64,000 nucleotides of DNA from Eledone cirrhosa (GCA_964016885.1 OZ024752.1:14136001-14200000); one strand, 5' to 3'. Counted from the first letter of the stretch, positions 1 through 14,322 are shown. Notes: generated by a model not told the origin, from the letters alone. A program made the numbers and translations.

Positions 1-156
1 CATAACGCACTAGAATACTCAATTGTTAGGGTAATAGAGTGGGTAATAGGAAAGGATTCAGGACCCTGATATATATATATATATTTCCACCGCACGAAAA
101 CAGAGCTCTGTGTCGGATCTAGCTATCAAAACGGCCGGAGCTCAGCCGTCGGGGCT
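1..156. mobile_element. Fragments of HHR-bearing PLE-like terminal repeats around a (TA)n tract
   Basis: 1-55 resembles the tail at 5890-5940 and 15417-15466. 82-156 is a diverged reverse complement of 5200-5272 and ends in a decayed HHR 3' half (aaaacggc-cggagctca-gccgtc-gggg). Confidence 0.5.
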
Positions 157-173
157 CTAACTCTTCCTCCCCT

Positions 174-312
<139 letters not shown>

Positions 313-742
313 AAGAAGCAGTGTATACATATATATATAGTTGTAAGTAGCAGTGTCTATATAATAGGACGACAAAGAAAAAGAAAGAATATTCTTATTG
401 CATCTATGAAAATATATATATTCTTTGAAATTTGATTCGAGATTTCGATTGAATTACTAAATGCACCCCCCAGGCTACTTGGACAGCAATACTTAGACGC
501 CTACTATCTAATCATAAATAGCAATTTGAATTTTAAATTCACAGAATATGCCATAAGATTTATATAAACAGTTTTGTCATTGTTTCATCAGCATTTCTGC
601 TGGTACAGAGAAGGTTTTGATACGCTAGTCACTTTAACTCTCAAAACATTCATAATTGTCTTCTGATCGTCTCAACATAAAATGTATTAATCATTGAAAA
701 ATATAGCTTTATTGCCATTTTATTTTACACATGTTGCTGTCT

Positions 743-835
743 GTCCGCAGAGGAGATTGGTTCCGTCAGGGTTACAAAATGCCCTGGAAACTGCGTATGC
801 CAATATGGTGCCCCTACGACTCCTCAGGAGTTACG
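743..835 (+). repeat. ~90-bp dispersed repeat (other copies 6988-7078, 46621-46706)
   Basis: Shared motif order ccgtcag..aaaatgccc..gaa..caata(c/t)gg(c/t)gcc..aggagttac in three places. Confidence 0.6.
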
Positions 836-992
836 GGTTCATAACATATCATACCAGTGGTCTGAATCATATAATTCTGGTAAAAATATATTTGTAGTCT
901 GCAAGTCTATTATATGTATACGTGGACATAGCAAGATTGAATGTTTAAGAACTAAGTCATCTTTTCCATAGCCTAGGCACGATCTTTCGTCA

Positions 993-1224
993 ATTGACAC
1001 TTTAGCATTTAAACCGACTGTATCCGGTCAGAATTCTGTCATCTCTCTCTGTTCAAACCGGCTGTAACTAACCACTCATATTGATGTTAAGGTATTGTAC
1101 TCAAAATAAATAATATCAAAATCTGGTAGAATGGATATTATGAGAGATATTATGCTAGATCAATCCTTTACTGCGAAAATACAATAGTATACTATATAGC
1201 GTAATGTAAATGCTAAAGGGTTAA
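993..1224. mobile_element. piggyBac-like MITE
   Basis: Terminal inverted repeats ttgacactttagcattta ... taaatgctaaagggttaa; the right end has GGG+TTAA typical of piggyBac. Confidence 0.6.
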
Positions 1225-1530
1225 ATTGTGTAGACGGAAAGTGCTTCGGAGCCATTGTCAATTTTCCACAACGAATGGCTGAATTCACATGATAGTAATT
1301 TTAGACCCACAGTATACTTATATTATGATTAAAAATAAACATGAAAAATTCTGTAAAGTATACATTTCATGAGTAGGTACAATTAAATTCATAATATAAT
1401 TGTGTCCTTCCCGTCCTGCGGGGAAACGCCTTCTCTATTCTGTCCGCCGGGGCTGTGGAGAGACAAGCCGATTATATTACGAATTCTGTTGAATAGTCTT
1501 AAATACTTCAATACTTTGATATATATATAT

Positions 1531-1800
1531 ACCAGAAGTCAGCTCAAAAGTGACACAGAGGAGACTGAGGTTAGCTGGACATGACCACCGACACCCAGAG
1601 TTGACATTGCACTCAGTGCTCCTCTGGCAGCCCCTACATGGACAAACTAGAAGAGGAAGTCCAAGGTTAACGTATGTTGATGCCCTAACGACAGACACTG
1701 GTCTGTTGGAGACGCAGGATATGGCAGCGATAATGAGGGACAGAGACCGCTGGAGAGAACTCGTCCATGGATCTCGGGAAATTTACCCGCCCTAGAATAA
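1531..1800 (+). pseudogene. 3' end of RTE/RTE-X LINE ORF2
   Basis: QRRLRLAGH..RHPE....VLLWQPLHG..RRG.PRLTYVD.L..DTG......M.DR..WR is the characteristic RTE-type C-terminus. Confidence 0.75.
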
Positions 1801-1938
1801 ATATATATAATAAAAAAAGAAAGTTCTGTTCGCATGCCAACACGAGAGCAAGAATGAAGGGTTCATTCTACGGTCATGGCTATAAAATTGAGGCTTGTTT
1901 GCATCATTGCAAGCGAATCGAATGTTATTAATATTAAG

Positions 1939-2230
1939 GGCGGTGGATTGGCAGTATCGGTAGAGGGTTGGACGCCATGCTTTCCAGCATAGTTACGTCC
2001 CTTTACGATCTGAGTTCAAATCCCGCCGAGGTTGACTTTGCCTTTCATCCTTCCGGGGTCGATAGAATAAAGTACCAGTAATGCACTGGGTAATTGCTGG
2101 CCTTGTGCCTAAAGTAGAAACAATTATTAATATTAACTTTGCCTTTCATCCTTACGGGGTCGATAAAATAAAGTACCAGTAATGTACTGGGTAATTGCTG
2201 GCCTTGTGCCACAAGTAGAAACAATTATTA
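1939..2230 (+). mobile_element. tRNA-derived SINE family A (full copy 1939-2125 plus duplicated 3' half 2134-2230)
   Basis: A-box tggcagtatcgg, B-box gttcaaatccc, conserved core ttgcctttcatccttacggggtcgataaaataaagtaccag; ttattaatattaa flanks the full copy (TSD-like). Confidence 0.9.
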
Positions 2231-2677
2231 ATTCGAAAAGAGGAGGGCCGTGTATTGGCAGTATCGGTAGAGGGTCGGAATGTGCGACTAATGTAATGAT
2301 TTATTTCCAATGAAGCTACGTTAAGATATATCGGATTTTCAGAAATTGTTGTTACATTGTTACAACTCTTAAAGAAGATGTTATAGTGTGGTTTACTTCA
2401 CTAAAGACGCGGAATTGATATAAATTGTTACCCTGAAGTTTAAAATGATTTATAAATTGGAGATATTCATTTTAAAATTTTATGAAAATAATAATTTTTT
2501 TAAGGAGATGATATATAAACATTATGAAACAAAAGAAGAACTCATTTGATTAAATTTATACTAGAAAAAGAAAATATTGAAATAAAAAGTCCACTTACGC
2601 TGTAGCTCTTAACCTTGTATGATTAATCTAAATAGATTGTTATATTCGCAAAATTATAATATAATTAAACGTATATA

Positions 2678-3034
2678 CAGTGAACCCCAGCATTCGGGGT
2701 CTCGGTTATTGGCGGAATTTTCCTTAGAACCTAACTAATAACTGTTCGCGGAAATCAGCTCATATTCGCGGTATCGTAAACATCTCCCGCGATATTTTTA
2801 ATGGCTTTTTTTCATGGCAATATATATATTTTTCATGGCAATATATATTTTAAAGCTTATATTTTAATAACAATATACCTTATTTGTCGGCCTATTGGAC
2901 GCCTCTTGGCATATGGCGCTCTTTTTTTTATTATATTTTACATTATATTTTGACGTTTATAGGCATTTTTATGGATCACGTCCAATATTCGTGGCTTTTC
3001 ATACTTCACGGGCGCGAATAGCGGGGGACTATTG
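2678..3034. mobile_element. Tc1/mariner-pogo (Tigger-like) MITE
   Basis: TA|cagtgaaccccagcattcg ... cgaatagcgggggactattg|TA imperfect TIRs. Confidence 0.6.
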
Positions 3035-3311
3035 TATATATTTAAATTTGATGCGCTATTGTTTTAACAATATATTTAAAATTTCGGATCATATTTCATT
3101 TTAAGTTATAACATTTCACCATACGTTATTCACACAAGTAACATTAATTGTTTCTACTTTAGGCACAAGGCCAGCAATTACCCAGTGCATCACTGGTACT
3201 TCAAGGGACTGATCAGTATTTACTTGGTGACATCTTTTGGAAATGCATTTTCACATCTGAGACTTTAAACTTTATGCTGTTGCATAAGCACTTTCATCTA
3301 TCTATCTATCC

Positions 3312-3313
<2 letters not shown>

Positions 3314-3360
<47 letters not shown>

Positions 3361-3374
3361 TCTCTCTCTCTCTC

Positions 3375-3414
<40 letters not shown>
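3314..3414. repeat. (CT)n microsatellite
   Basis: Directly visible. Confidence 0.95.
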
Positions 3415-3418
<4 letters not shown>

Positions 3419-3423
3419 ATATA

Positions 3424-3660
3424 TTAATATAGAAATAGCTTCTACAGGACTAGAAATGTTTCATTCGGAAGAAATCATCAGAAAGCCAACCGTCCAAATA
3501 CTAAGTGCTTAGTACTTGGATAGTCGGCTTTCTGATGATTTCTCCCGATTTAAACAGTTCTAGTCCTGTAGAAGCCATTTCTATATTAAATATAACTCTG
3601 GTATGTATTGAGTACCTTACTTACTGTGGTTACCCCCGATTGAACCCGGGATAAACTTAT
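3424..3660. mobile_element. Fold-back non-coding PLE-like mini-element (palindrome 3424-3589 plus unique tail)
   Basis: ~82-bp inverted arms with a 2-nt apex at 3506-3507; each arm contains an HHR motif. Tail and HHR 3' half recur inverted at 51911-52035. Confidence 0.8.
3437..3487 (-). ncRNA. Type I hammerhead ribozyme motif
   Basis: Minus strand: ggcttt-CTGATGA-tttcttccgaat-GAAA-cat..ctg-TA-gaagct. The plus-arm copy (3526-3576) has TAAA instead of GAAA. Confidence 0.7.
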
Positions 3661-3689
3661 ATATATATAGACACACACACACGCACACG

Positions 3690-3739
<50 letters not shown>

Positions 3740-4311
3740 TGTGGTGTTGTTTTCTCAAAGAACTGGTGGCATATGGATTAGAATGAACGAAGGATATACT
3801 TCCTCTCATTGGTCAGATACAATCTTAACACTCCAGTACCAAGTCTATTGAGTTTCTTAGGTCAGTTGTCCTTGAACAGCTCAGCCTGCTAGGGATGTTT
3901 TTAACAACCAGCTATACTAACTGCATATAGAGCTGTTATGGTCTACATCAACTATTTGACTATAAGGCAGTGGTGTAAACAGGTCAACCACTACATACCT
4001 CGTTTGCGGTAGTATTGTAGTTGCTAGTGAAGAATTCATGTATGTAACCTGATATGGGTTCATCTGGCAATGTGAATACTTGTCCATATCAATAGTCCTG
4101 ATAGTAAGAGGTGTTAGAATTAAAACTGTAGGTGTTTAAACTTATAAGAGTTAATTTTTATAACTGTTACAAATTATAATGCATATTGTAAACATTTAGT
4201 ACACACCGACCAAGATACACATCTATGTACCTCCACATTTACACACAAATATATACACACATGCACATACATCCATACATAAACATAACTATGTACACTT
4301 ATATACACATA

Positions 4312-4425
<114 letters not shown>

Positions 4426-4499
4426 AATACATCCATGAGCTTACACATACACATACACATACATATATGTACTCTTTAGAGGGGTAGAACAAGAGATAG

Positions 4500-4870
4500 T
4501 ATAAACCGCCGCCGAGGTTGGGGATTTCATGCTTAATTTGCTTCAGTATGAAAAGCCAAACCAGGTCCGTTATCTTTGCGGAGTTGCTGGAGCCCATTGT
4601 GATATCAAAGTTATTTGGCCAATCACTCCTGGTCCAGAGATCTCCACCGAAAAGGGTCAAGGTCTTCCTGGCAGCGTAGATGATTTCTATTTCTTCGCCT
4701 GTTATGTGTTATTTATACATCGCGAATATAAGGGCCTTATTCAGAACTATAGGCGAGATTGGAGAGTAGTAACTAGTAATATCCAGTTGGATTTAGCTAG
4801 TCCTACTATTCTCAGGTAATAGTGTAAGCCACTCTATCACCTCACCAGTGCAGGACTATAGTTGTAACTT
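4500..4870 (-). pseudogene. Penelope-like reverse transcriptase fragment
   Basis: Minus-strand IQLDITSYYSPIS...LNKAL and FDITMGSSNSAKITDLVWLFILKQI...GGGLY match PLE RT motifs (FDI..FYPSI, FDVTMGS.DGAE.CELVGLYIL, GLYRDD); contains stops/frameshifts. Confidence 0.75.
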
Positions 4871-5165
4871 TGTTTGTTTCCAAAGCGAAAAAGGTATATC
4901 CGTCGGATGCTTGAATTCGTTCATTCTAATTCGTATGCCACCAGTTCTTTGTGAAAACAACACCACATTTCGGATATGGGCATATCAACGAATTAGCGAG
5001 GTAAACTCTGTTCCAACATTATGTTTTCCTGTTTTCGTTCCGTTCAAATTGTAGCTGCCTGATGAGGTCATAGCTGTTGAATAATGGTTATCACCGAAAT
5101 ATATATTGCTCTGAATATGAATAAACGAGGTTAATTTTAACCTGTTGCCTTACCTGTTGCCTTAC
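4860..5165 (+). mobile_element. Inverted PLE 3' end/pLTR with degenerate HHR (5057-5109)
   Basis: 4915-4968 is the reverse complement of 3740-3790; CTGATGA-ggt..acc-GAAA-tatata-TT with a weak stem I, followed by AATAAA. Confidence 0.55.
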
Positions 5166-5268
5166 CTGTTGTTTATATATGAAAAGATCCATGATCCATG
5201 ATCCCGACGGGTGAGCTCCGGAGTTTCGACACCTATATCCAAAATAGAGCGCAGTATTCGGGCGGCGG

Positions 5269-5326
<58 letters not shown>

Positions 5327-5856
5327 AAACCTCTTCTCACTTTCTTCCATCACACTATTTCTTCATGAAATTTGATGGTCCGAAATGTTTACTCGCTTTT
5401 CCTACTATAACAAGCGTTAAACTAATATAGCTCTTCATTGTACTGTAACGTTTGCTATGTTGCTCTTTGTTTACTTTTCACATACACATACACACACATA
5501 TGCTCAGGCACACGCACGTGTGTGTGTGTTTGTAAGTGTGTGTGTACCTCTGTCTCTATGTGTGTGTGTTTGTATATTGGAATGTATATATAATGTAGAA
5601 ACTGCTTATATTTGGATACAAAGAAAAAATAAAAACATATTCACAACCTCCATGGTTGTATTTTTTTCAAATGATTATGGATTTGAAAAAATACAGTCAT
5701 GTTTACATTATTTCTCACAGTTGGTTATATTCAATGTCGGGGGGAACTTCGTGGCTGGGCTTTGTTCGTTATCAAATACTCATTATATTTTGAAATAAAT
5801 GCGTGCAACCTAAGAGTAAAATATCCATTGTTTTTACAATATATATATATATATAT

Positions 5857-6048
5857 CACAAAGGAATTGTGGTAAGGAACCAAATGGACCATAACGCACC
5901 AGAGTACTCAATACTTAGAGTAGTAGAGTGGGAAATGGGAAAACATATGACCCCAACGGCAGAGCTCAAGCCATTTCGACGGCTATTTCTGGACAGAAAT
6001 AGCCGTCGAAACGGCTTGAGCTCTGCGGTCGGGGTCATACTTTTTCCC

Positions 6049-6050
<2 letters not shown>
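5857..6050 (-). mobile_element. Fold-back mini-element, U3A8-HHR family (palindrome 5935-6050)
   Basis: ~57-bp inverted arms plus ~78-bp tail, flanked by (TA)n; homologous to 15382-15578 and 20336-20650. Confidence 0.85.
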
Positions 6051-6092
<42 letters not shown>

Positions 6093-8295
6093 TTGCATTA
6101 TCGCGTCCTACCAATATGTAAAATGGTTGCTAAACTAGTTTTCTAAGTGAAATAGGTTTATTTATATATTGCAAACGAATTGATTTTTTTTTTATTATTC
6201 GAATCTCACGAATGCATTTGGCTATCTTCAATGTTAGAGCGAAAAGTGAAATTCTAATTTTGTTTATTCCTATGTTATCTTTCAATTATGGGGCTATTCC
6301 TGATTCAAAGTTGTGCATATTAGAAATACATTGTGTCATGTAAAAATATAGTAGAACGAAGTGATCTTATATAAGAACCTACTAGATTCAAATGTACTTT
6401 CTCACCGTCGAAATTAAAATAATAAAAGCAATAAACCCAAATGATCAGACCTGCACCTTTGCGGCTTTCCATTTAAGCTCAGAAGATCGGGCTGCTAGGA
6501 ACAGCACACATTCTCAGACGAGTGTTCTCTCTCTACAATGAAAATCTCTATTGCCTTATGTTGAAGGCATGAACCCGGCAATCAAGAAACAGAACTGGGC
6601 TAAACGAAATAACTTAATAATGATAAGAGTAATACAAACAGATCATGGGAAGACTTAGTGGTCAGTCAATCAAATATCAACCAATATATATTGTCAACAA
6701 ATAATACATTGAGTAAGGCAACCCTAGAATACATATATTTGAATACAAGCGAAACTGGTTCCGTCTGTATGATTTGACAATTAATATACTTCTAAAGGAC
6801 TTATTTACTGAGAAACAAATTACAGCAATGTTGAATAATATTATCCTTTATATTTAAATGTAAATATGCCGAGGAGAGAACCTCACCGTGACTGTTGGAA
6901 TTATACTGTGAAATCTCCCTCAAATCAGACCTCACTGTCTTAAATAAGGAGACAACACATTTAATAACTTATATTTAACAAAAGAGGCCTGGAGAGGGAT
7001 GGGCTCCGTCAGCCTTAAAATGCCCAAGAAACGCTGTATTTCAATACGGCGCCTCTACAACCCTATGAGGAGTTACAGTACCATACCATACCACCACTTA
7101 ACAAACACGGCATGGTTGTCTGATCATTTTGAATATAGCTTTGGACAATCAGGCTGGCCTAGAGTAAACTATATATATAACACAAATGCATACATACACA
7201 CACACACATACACACATATACGCATAGACAGACACACGCGCAGACGCGCACACAAACAAACAAAAACAAGGTATATATAATGGTCTTCGATTTAGGCACA
7301 AGGCCAACACATGTGGGGAAGGGATGTTGATTAAATCCACCATTACTGGTATTTTATTTTGTTGAGTCTGTAAGGATGAAAGGCAAAGCCAACCCCCAGT
7401 GATATGATAGCGGGATTGTGATGTTCGATTCACGATCATCAGTCGATTGGGTGATTATTCTTGAGCAAGACACTTTTTTTCATATTATTCCAGTGAATAT
7501 TCGTATGTGAAAAAATACTTGTTTCAGTAAGTCGAAAGACGAGACTGGTCACGCACTTTTGCAATCTGAATCTCCTCCGAGATCACATATTAAGTGGAAC
7601 CTTCGTCATCAGAATCGATGGCGGTCCAATATATACCACAACGTTCTTACTCTTTTAATAATCATTCTTCAATATCTTTCGTGTATTAATAGTTAAAATT
7701 ACAAACTGAAAAAATGAAGCCCATTTTAAATAACTTGATCCAACAAAAATAATATAAACAGCGAAAGGAAAACCACAAGAAAGTAAACGAAATATTAAAA
7801 GAAGACTTCAATATTAAAAGCGAGCAAGGAAATATATTATTTCTGATATTGCAATTTATTACTTTGAAGTACAAACAACAGATGTGTCATTTCTTTTCTT
7901 TGAAATATATTTTCATTAAGTTCTTTAGTTTATAAAAGTAGTAAAATGAAAACTAAAAAGAAAAAAATGCAATCAATTCTTTAGTTTATTGCTAATTTTC
8001 CTTTTATATATTTTTAAAGATGAAAGGGGTAAATAAATACATCGGCATTCAAATTAGAAGTAGATTTTTAATGATAAAAGTAATGCACCTAAAAAGACAT
8101 TATATTGATGAGAAATGTATATATTTCATTAATATAAATATAATAAAGTTAATGTGTTTATAGAAACGGGTTATAGGTGAATAGATAGGTATCTTCTCTT
8201 GTATCTTACGTTAACAATGCAACTTATAATACACATCCAACTGCACAGGAGTTATTTCCTCTTAACTAATTGCATACAGTATTATAGCCTATATA

Positions 8296-8492
8296 ATTGT
8301 TTCTACTTTAAGCACAAGGCCAGCAATTACGGGCGAGGGGAAAGTTGATTAAATCAACCCCAGTGCATGACTAGTACTTTATTTTATTGACCCCGTAAAG
8401 ATGAAAGGCAAATTAACCTCGGCGGGATTTGAACGCAGATCATAAAAGGCTGCAACTCTATGCTGCAAAACATGGCGTCCGACCCTGTATCG
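8296..8492 (-). mobile_element. SINE family A (followed by further fragments to ~8672)
   Basis: Reverse complement of the family A consensus. Confidence 0.8.
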
Positions 8493-9178
8493 ATAAAATA
8501 ATGAACCAGTAATGCAATAGGAATGATTTAATCGACTTTCCTCTCTCCCCAAATTGTTGTCCTTGTGCCTAAGCTAGAAATCGTTATTACAGAACTCAGA
8601 ACGTAAAGGGCCATGACTCTGTATTACAAAGCATGTATCCGACGCTCTACCGACACTGTCAATCCATCGCCATATATAATTAAACAGATCATACTGGAAT
8701 ATGTCGTGAAAGTGTGTTATTGATGTTTACTGAATGAATTCGTGTATTCGTGTTATAAATTAATTGAATTGCTTTCTCCCTGGAATAGAATCTATGAGGT
8801 ATTATCAATCAGCTGATCGTGAGAATACATCTGTGAGGCGCTGACAACGCAGGCAACGATATCAAAGATTAAACGTTTTATACGTGTGATGGTCATATCA
8901 AAAAAAGATTGATTAAAATCATGAACAAATATTTTCATTTGAATAAGTTACTTTATTGCAAAATAATTCAATGGGATTATTACATTTTGAATTTCCAGAT
9001 GTTTATTTATTAAAAGATAGAAATTTATATTTCCGTAAGCACTATATTTTGTTCTATTTGTGTTCAAACTGTGTCGAAATAATTAGAATTAAATGAACAA
9101 CCTGGCAGTTATCCATTGGTGATACATGATCATGATATTTTGTGACAAAGTAGCAAATCTTTATTGCATCAGAAGTTA

Positions 9179-9398
9179 GGGTGGTAGATTGGCAGTATCG
9201 GTAGAGCGTTAGAGATCATGCTTTGTAGCATATAATTATGACCCTTTACGTTCTCAGTTCAAATCCCGCTGAGATTAGCTTTGCTTCTCATCCTTACGGG
9301 ATCGATAAAATAAAGTACCAGTCATGCACTGAGGTTGATTTAATCAGCTTTCCCCTCCCCCAAATTGCTGGTCTTGTGCTTAAAGCAGAAACAATTAT
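9179..9398 (+). mobile_element. SINE family A
   Basis: A/B boxes, core and tail. Confidence 0.85.
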
Positions 9399-9453
9399 TA
9401 CATCAGAAATTAATTTTCTGTAGTATTCTTTGATTGTTTAAATATTTCATAAA

Positions 9454-9665
9454 ATTGGCAGTATTGGTAGAGCGTCGCACACCATGCTTGACAGCATATA
9501 GTTACAGCCCTTTACGTTCTTATTTCAAATCCCACCGTGTTTAGGGTTGGATTTCATCCTTACAGTGTCGATAAAAATATGCACTAGTAATGCACTGGGG
9601 ATGATTTATCGACTTTTCCCTCTCTCCAAATTGTTGTCCTTGTGCCTTCAGTAGAAATCGATATT
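9454..9665 (+). mobile_element. SINE family A (diverged)
   Basis: A/B boxes, core and tail. Confidence 0.8.
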
Positions 9666-10284
9666 ACAGCTGAAGTTGAATTTTTGTTTTATTCTGTGAT
9701 TGTTACAATATTTCATAACACCAGGGAGGCGGGCTCGTAGCTATTGTCAAGTATCAGATTAAGAACTTTCTTGCATTCAGTTACATAAGTTCGATTCTCG
9801 TGAAGATGATACCTTTTATTTATTCCACTGAGGCTTATTAAAATATCATACGTGTGAATTCCTGTGAATCTATTCAACAAAATACACATGTCCTCATCTA
9901 TAATTATGTGCTTTCTCGGTAGTAAACAGTGGTGAGGTAAATAAATATATACATATATACCAGGTCCGAACACAAAGGAACCAAACTCCCACTGTCACTG
10001 CCTCCGTCTCTCCCGTTCTCTCCATCTCTCACCATTGTGAGCAAATGAGGGCCCATGCGCTGGTCGACCCGCGGCCTCGGCGGACACAGTAGAGAAGGCG
10101 TTACCCTGTAGGATGGTGAGGAAGACGCGCTGAAATAGCCATTCCAGCTCGCGGAGCTATATTATGTGCTAATCATACGGATGAACATATCAGGAGAATC
10201 ATGCAAAGAAATGGAGAATTTCATGAAAACGAAATACAGAATCTCATGAATGACGAATAAATTGTTGGCTTTGAGCCTAAATCA

Positions 10285-10472
10285 GGCGGTGGATTGGCAG
10301 TATCGGTAGAGGGTCGGACGCCATGTTTTCCAGAATAGTTACGTCCCTTTACGATCTGAGTTCAAATCCCGCCGAGGTTGACTTTGCCTTTCATCCTTAC
10401 GGGGTCGATAAAATAAAGTACCAGTAATGCACTGGGTAATTGCTGGCCTTATGCCTAAAGTAGAAACAATTA
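10285..10472 (+). mobile_element. SINE family A (young)
   Basis: Near-identical to 1939-2125. Confidence 0.9.
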
Positions 10473-11117
10473 TCTACTCATGACTTAATCGATAGTGTTC
10501 AAGCTGGTTCCTTGTCATCGTTTACAATTAAAATTCCGTGTCATCGTTTACAAGTGAAGTTCCGTGTCATCATTTCGCTGAATTAAAATAATACAAATGA
10601 TACTGGTGCAGGAAGAAATGGTTTTATCCTCAGATTTGAGACCAAGTCCGAAGTATTGTTTACAACATAATTTACTCCGCTAAACGTAACTGTCAGAAGG
10701 TGGCATAAAGAATTCGAGATATTAAGTTTAGGCAGGATTAGATCTGAAAAAAGATTTAACGGATGCAGTTGTATATATTTTGTTTGATGTCTTTAGAAAA
10801 AATACCGTCGAGAGGAAAGTACAAATAATTGAATATCTAGTAAAAGGGGAGACCAGGTGAAATATAAATTGTAGAACTTCTGAAATATTGTAAGAAAACG
10901 AGATGGGTTGGTGGTGAGGGAATGTCCATGTATAGGGAGAGAATACAGCAGACAATTGGAGGAGGTCAGTCGCTCTTCATATCAAAGCTGATAGGTCAGA
11001 AGAAATAATGAGTTTTTAACTAATTGGCTGATGTAAGTTTGGCAAATGAACTTCTGATATTCAACATGATAGTGATAGTGTAACATCATTGTATATATTG
11101 GAGTTTTGAAGTATGGT

Positions 11118-11501
11118 TACTCACGGGTCACAAATAATAGAGGTGGGGATGGACAAAGTGGGGTGGAGGGCTAGACATTTGCTTAAGTTCTTATAAAGGG
11201 GGGGGGGGGGTAAGCGGAGTGGGGATCGATAATTGTATAGTTTACGTTCATAAATATAGGATTTCTTGTAATGTAATTTTTTTGTCATATATAATCTTTT
11301 TTTAATGTAACATAAAATTATTGTTAGATTTGCCAGCTGCTGTATCAATATGAATCACAATAAAATTTCGTCAGAGATAGATTAGTAAAATTTAATACGC
11401 GTGTGGTGGTTATGGAATAAAAGTGGGGGAGTAGTTTGAAAAAAATCCGAAAAATTAATAAACGGTTGGCGGTGGGGGTCATTATTCAAGACCTGGGAAT
11501 A
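11118..11501. mobile_element. Possible decayed TA-flanked MITE
   Basis: Imperfect TIRs tactcacgggtcacaaataat / attattcaagacctgggaata. Confidence 0.3.
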
Positions 11502-11660
11502 CATTTTCCTTGAGAGCTAGTTGGTATTATATTCTTTTACTTTAACTGGTATAGGTTATTAGGCTGGGGATACATTTAGGAAGAATAAAAGACACAATGT
11601 ATTAAATAATAGCACCAGTTTCAAAAGTAGAGCCACACGTATAACGTTCTGGGTCACATT

Positions 11661-11846
11661 CGGTGAATTGGCAGTATCGGTAGAGGGTTGGACACCATGC
11701 TTTCCAGCATAGTTACGTCCCTTTACAGTCTGAGTTCAAATCCCGCCGAGGTTAACTTTGCCTTTCATCCTTACGGGGTCGATAAAATAAAGTACCAGTA
11801 ATGTACTGGGTAATTGCTGGCCTTGTGCCAAATGTAGAAACAATTA
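11661..11846 (+). mobile_element. SINE family A
   Basis: Matches the family consensus. Confidence 0.9.
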
Positions 11847-12147
11847 TAGCCGATTGTATCAATATAGTATTTAATTGGTGCTTATAAATTCAACGAAGGG
11901 GAGATGAAGGAGGGAATGAATCTAGATGGGATTTATATATTTATAAATGTAAAACATCGTAATGAAATATTTCTATAGAAGCAACGAAGATAACATGACT
12001 GGAGAGGTTTGTAGGGTCTAACAACCTTATGCCTTTCAGTCTAGCCGCATAGTGAGGCTAAATATAAGTTTATTTAACGCTTAACTATGACTCTATCTTC
12101 CTATATACTAATAGCCAACTAGATATTAATACTGTAGAGTATAGTGT

Positions 12148-12486
12148 GAAGGCGCATGGCTTAGTGGTTAGAGAGTCGGGCTTACAATCGAGTGGTTGTG
12201 AGTTCGATTTTTGAACCGGGCTTTGCGTTGTGTTCTTGGGCAAGACACTTTATTTCACATTGCTCCAGATCACTCAGCTGTAGTAATGAGTTGTGATGTC
12301 ACTGATGCCAAGCTGTATCGGCCATCCATTGGACAACATGGCCGGCATGGAGAGGGGAGGCTGATATGAATGAGCCACTGCTGGTCTTCCACAAATAACC
12401 ATACCCGGACTAGTGCCTCGAAGGGGAACTTTCTAGGTTCAAATCTCATGGTCATTCGTGACCGAAGGGGTTCTTTATCTTTACTT
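12148..12486 (+). mobile_element. tRNA-derived SINE family B
   Basis: A-box tggcttagtgg, B-box gttcgatt, V-domain-like gtgttcttgggcaagacactt, (cttta)-type tail. Confidence 0.85.
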
Positions 12487-13665
12487 AAGTCTATAGATAA
12501 GACTGTTAGTGTTTCACATGAATAAGGTTAAACCTTAATCTTTCTCCCGCTGTGCTTTCTCCCTGATTTAGTCACAAATGTAATGACATATGCGGGACAC
12601 ATTGCAACACACACACACACGCACGCACACGCACGCACGGACGCACGCACGCGCACACGCAGACGCATACACACACACACACGAAACCAAACCAAACAGT
12701 GAGAGTGTTTTATTATTATTCCTGGCAATATTATAACAATATAACCCTCCCCAAATATAACAATATATATATATATATATATATATATTATTTTACATAT
12801 ATTGCAATGATAAGGTTTTCAATGAAATTGATTGAGAAGTGGATTATATATTTTACAAGTTTAAAATATAGTGTAAATACGTAAATAAATACGCAATATA
12901 TTTAATGCTACCTATATTGATGTTTAACAAACAGGGCTTTTTCAAATCAGAAAAATATAGAAAATATAGGAAAAATAGATATTTTAATAAGTTTCACGAA
13001 ATTTGAATTATTTACCTGTAAAACACTATGGGTTATTATAGAGAAACATGTGAACGACAGCGAAAGAAAGGTTGAAAGTGGACGTGAATGGTAGAGAGAG
13101 GGAGAGGGAGAGAGACAAATACATAAAGATGAAATATATATAAAAGAGTATTCATGTTTGATAAATTCTGAAGCTGTTCTTAAGTTTCTAAATATATTTG
13201 TCGTTATTATATTTAAAGGAATGCTAAAGAAGCAGGTAATAACATAATGGCGTATGAACGTATGAACTTAAATATTTATAAAACATATTGTTTGTAGAAA
13301 AATAGCGTTTTAAAAGCTCAAATGTTCTTTAAATATATTTCAATCTAACTGAATTTTATATTGAATGTAATTGTATGAGTTTACTTGTATAGGGAAACCT
13401 CAAGCTAACAATACGTTGGGGATGTGTAAAGGAATAAATTGCACATGACTCAATCTTTATATATATATATATATATATATAACCAAAGGTTTAACAAGAT
13501 TCATTAATTAATCAATGAATAAAAGTTTACAATAGCTTAGAAGAACTCAACAAAGAGGTTTTCTCGGGTTATTAATATTACTTCAAAATATTAATAAATA
13601 TAGGCATTCATGTGATCAAATATATTTTATCACATGAATGTCTATTTTTATTAATATTTTGAAGT

Positions 13666-13688
13666 AATATATATATATATATACACAC

Positions 13689-13743
<55 letters not shown>

Positions 13744-13794
13744 CATATATATACATATATATATACACACATATATATATATATATACACACAC

Positions 13795-13827
<33 letters not shown>

Positions 13828-14069
13828 CATGCTTATATGTATATACATATAAAACACACACACACATATATATATCTATATATATATATACATATATATA
13901 CATACACATATATATATATGCACACACACACATATATGTATATATACATACATATATATATATATATACATATAATACACACACTCACATATATATATAT
14001 ATATAATATGGGTGTATATGTATATATATATATATATATATACACACACATATATATATATACATATAA

Positions 14070-14142
<73 letters not shown>

Positions 14143-14196
14143 TACATACATATACATATATATATATATACATATATACATAGCATATATATATTC

Positions 14197-14286
<90 letters not shown>

Positions 14287-14322
14287 ATATACATATGCAT
14301 ATATATATATATATACATATAT
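13666..14322. repeat. Interrupted (TA)n/(CA)n array
   Basis: Directly visible. Confidence 0.95.

Noticed and set aside
1939-2030. tRNA genes at A/B-box sites
   Set aside because: All continue into SINE core and tail sequence; no full cloverleaf or terminator.
10116-10150. Degenerate HHR-like strings (also ~15650-15712 minus, 55864-55895, ~14985-15022 minus)
   Set aside because: Core mismatches without compensatory changes and no clear stem I; at most decayed remnants.
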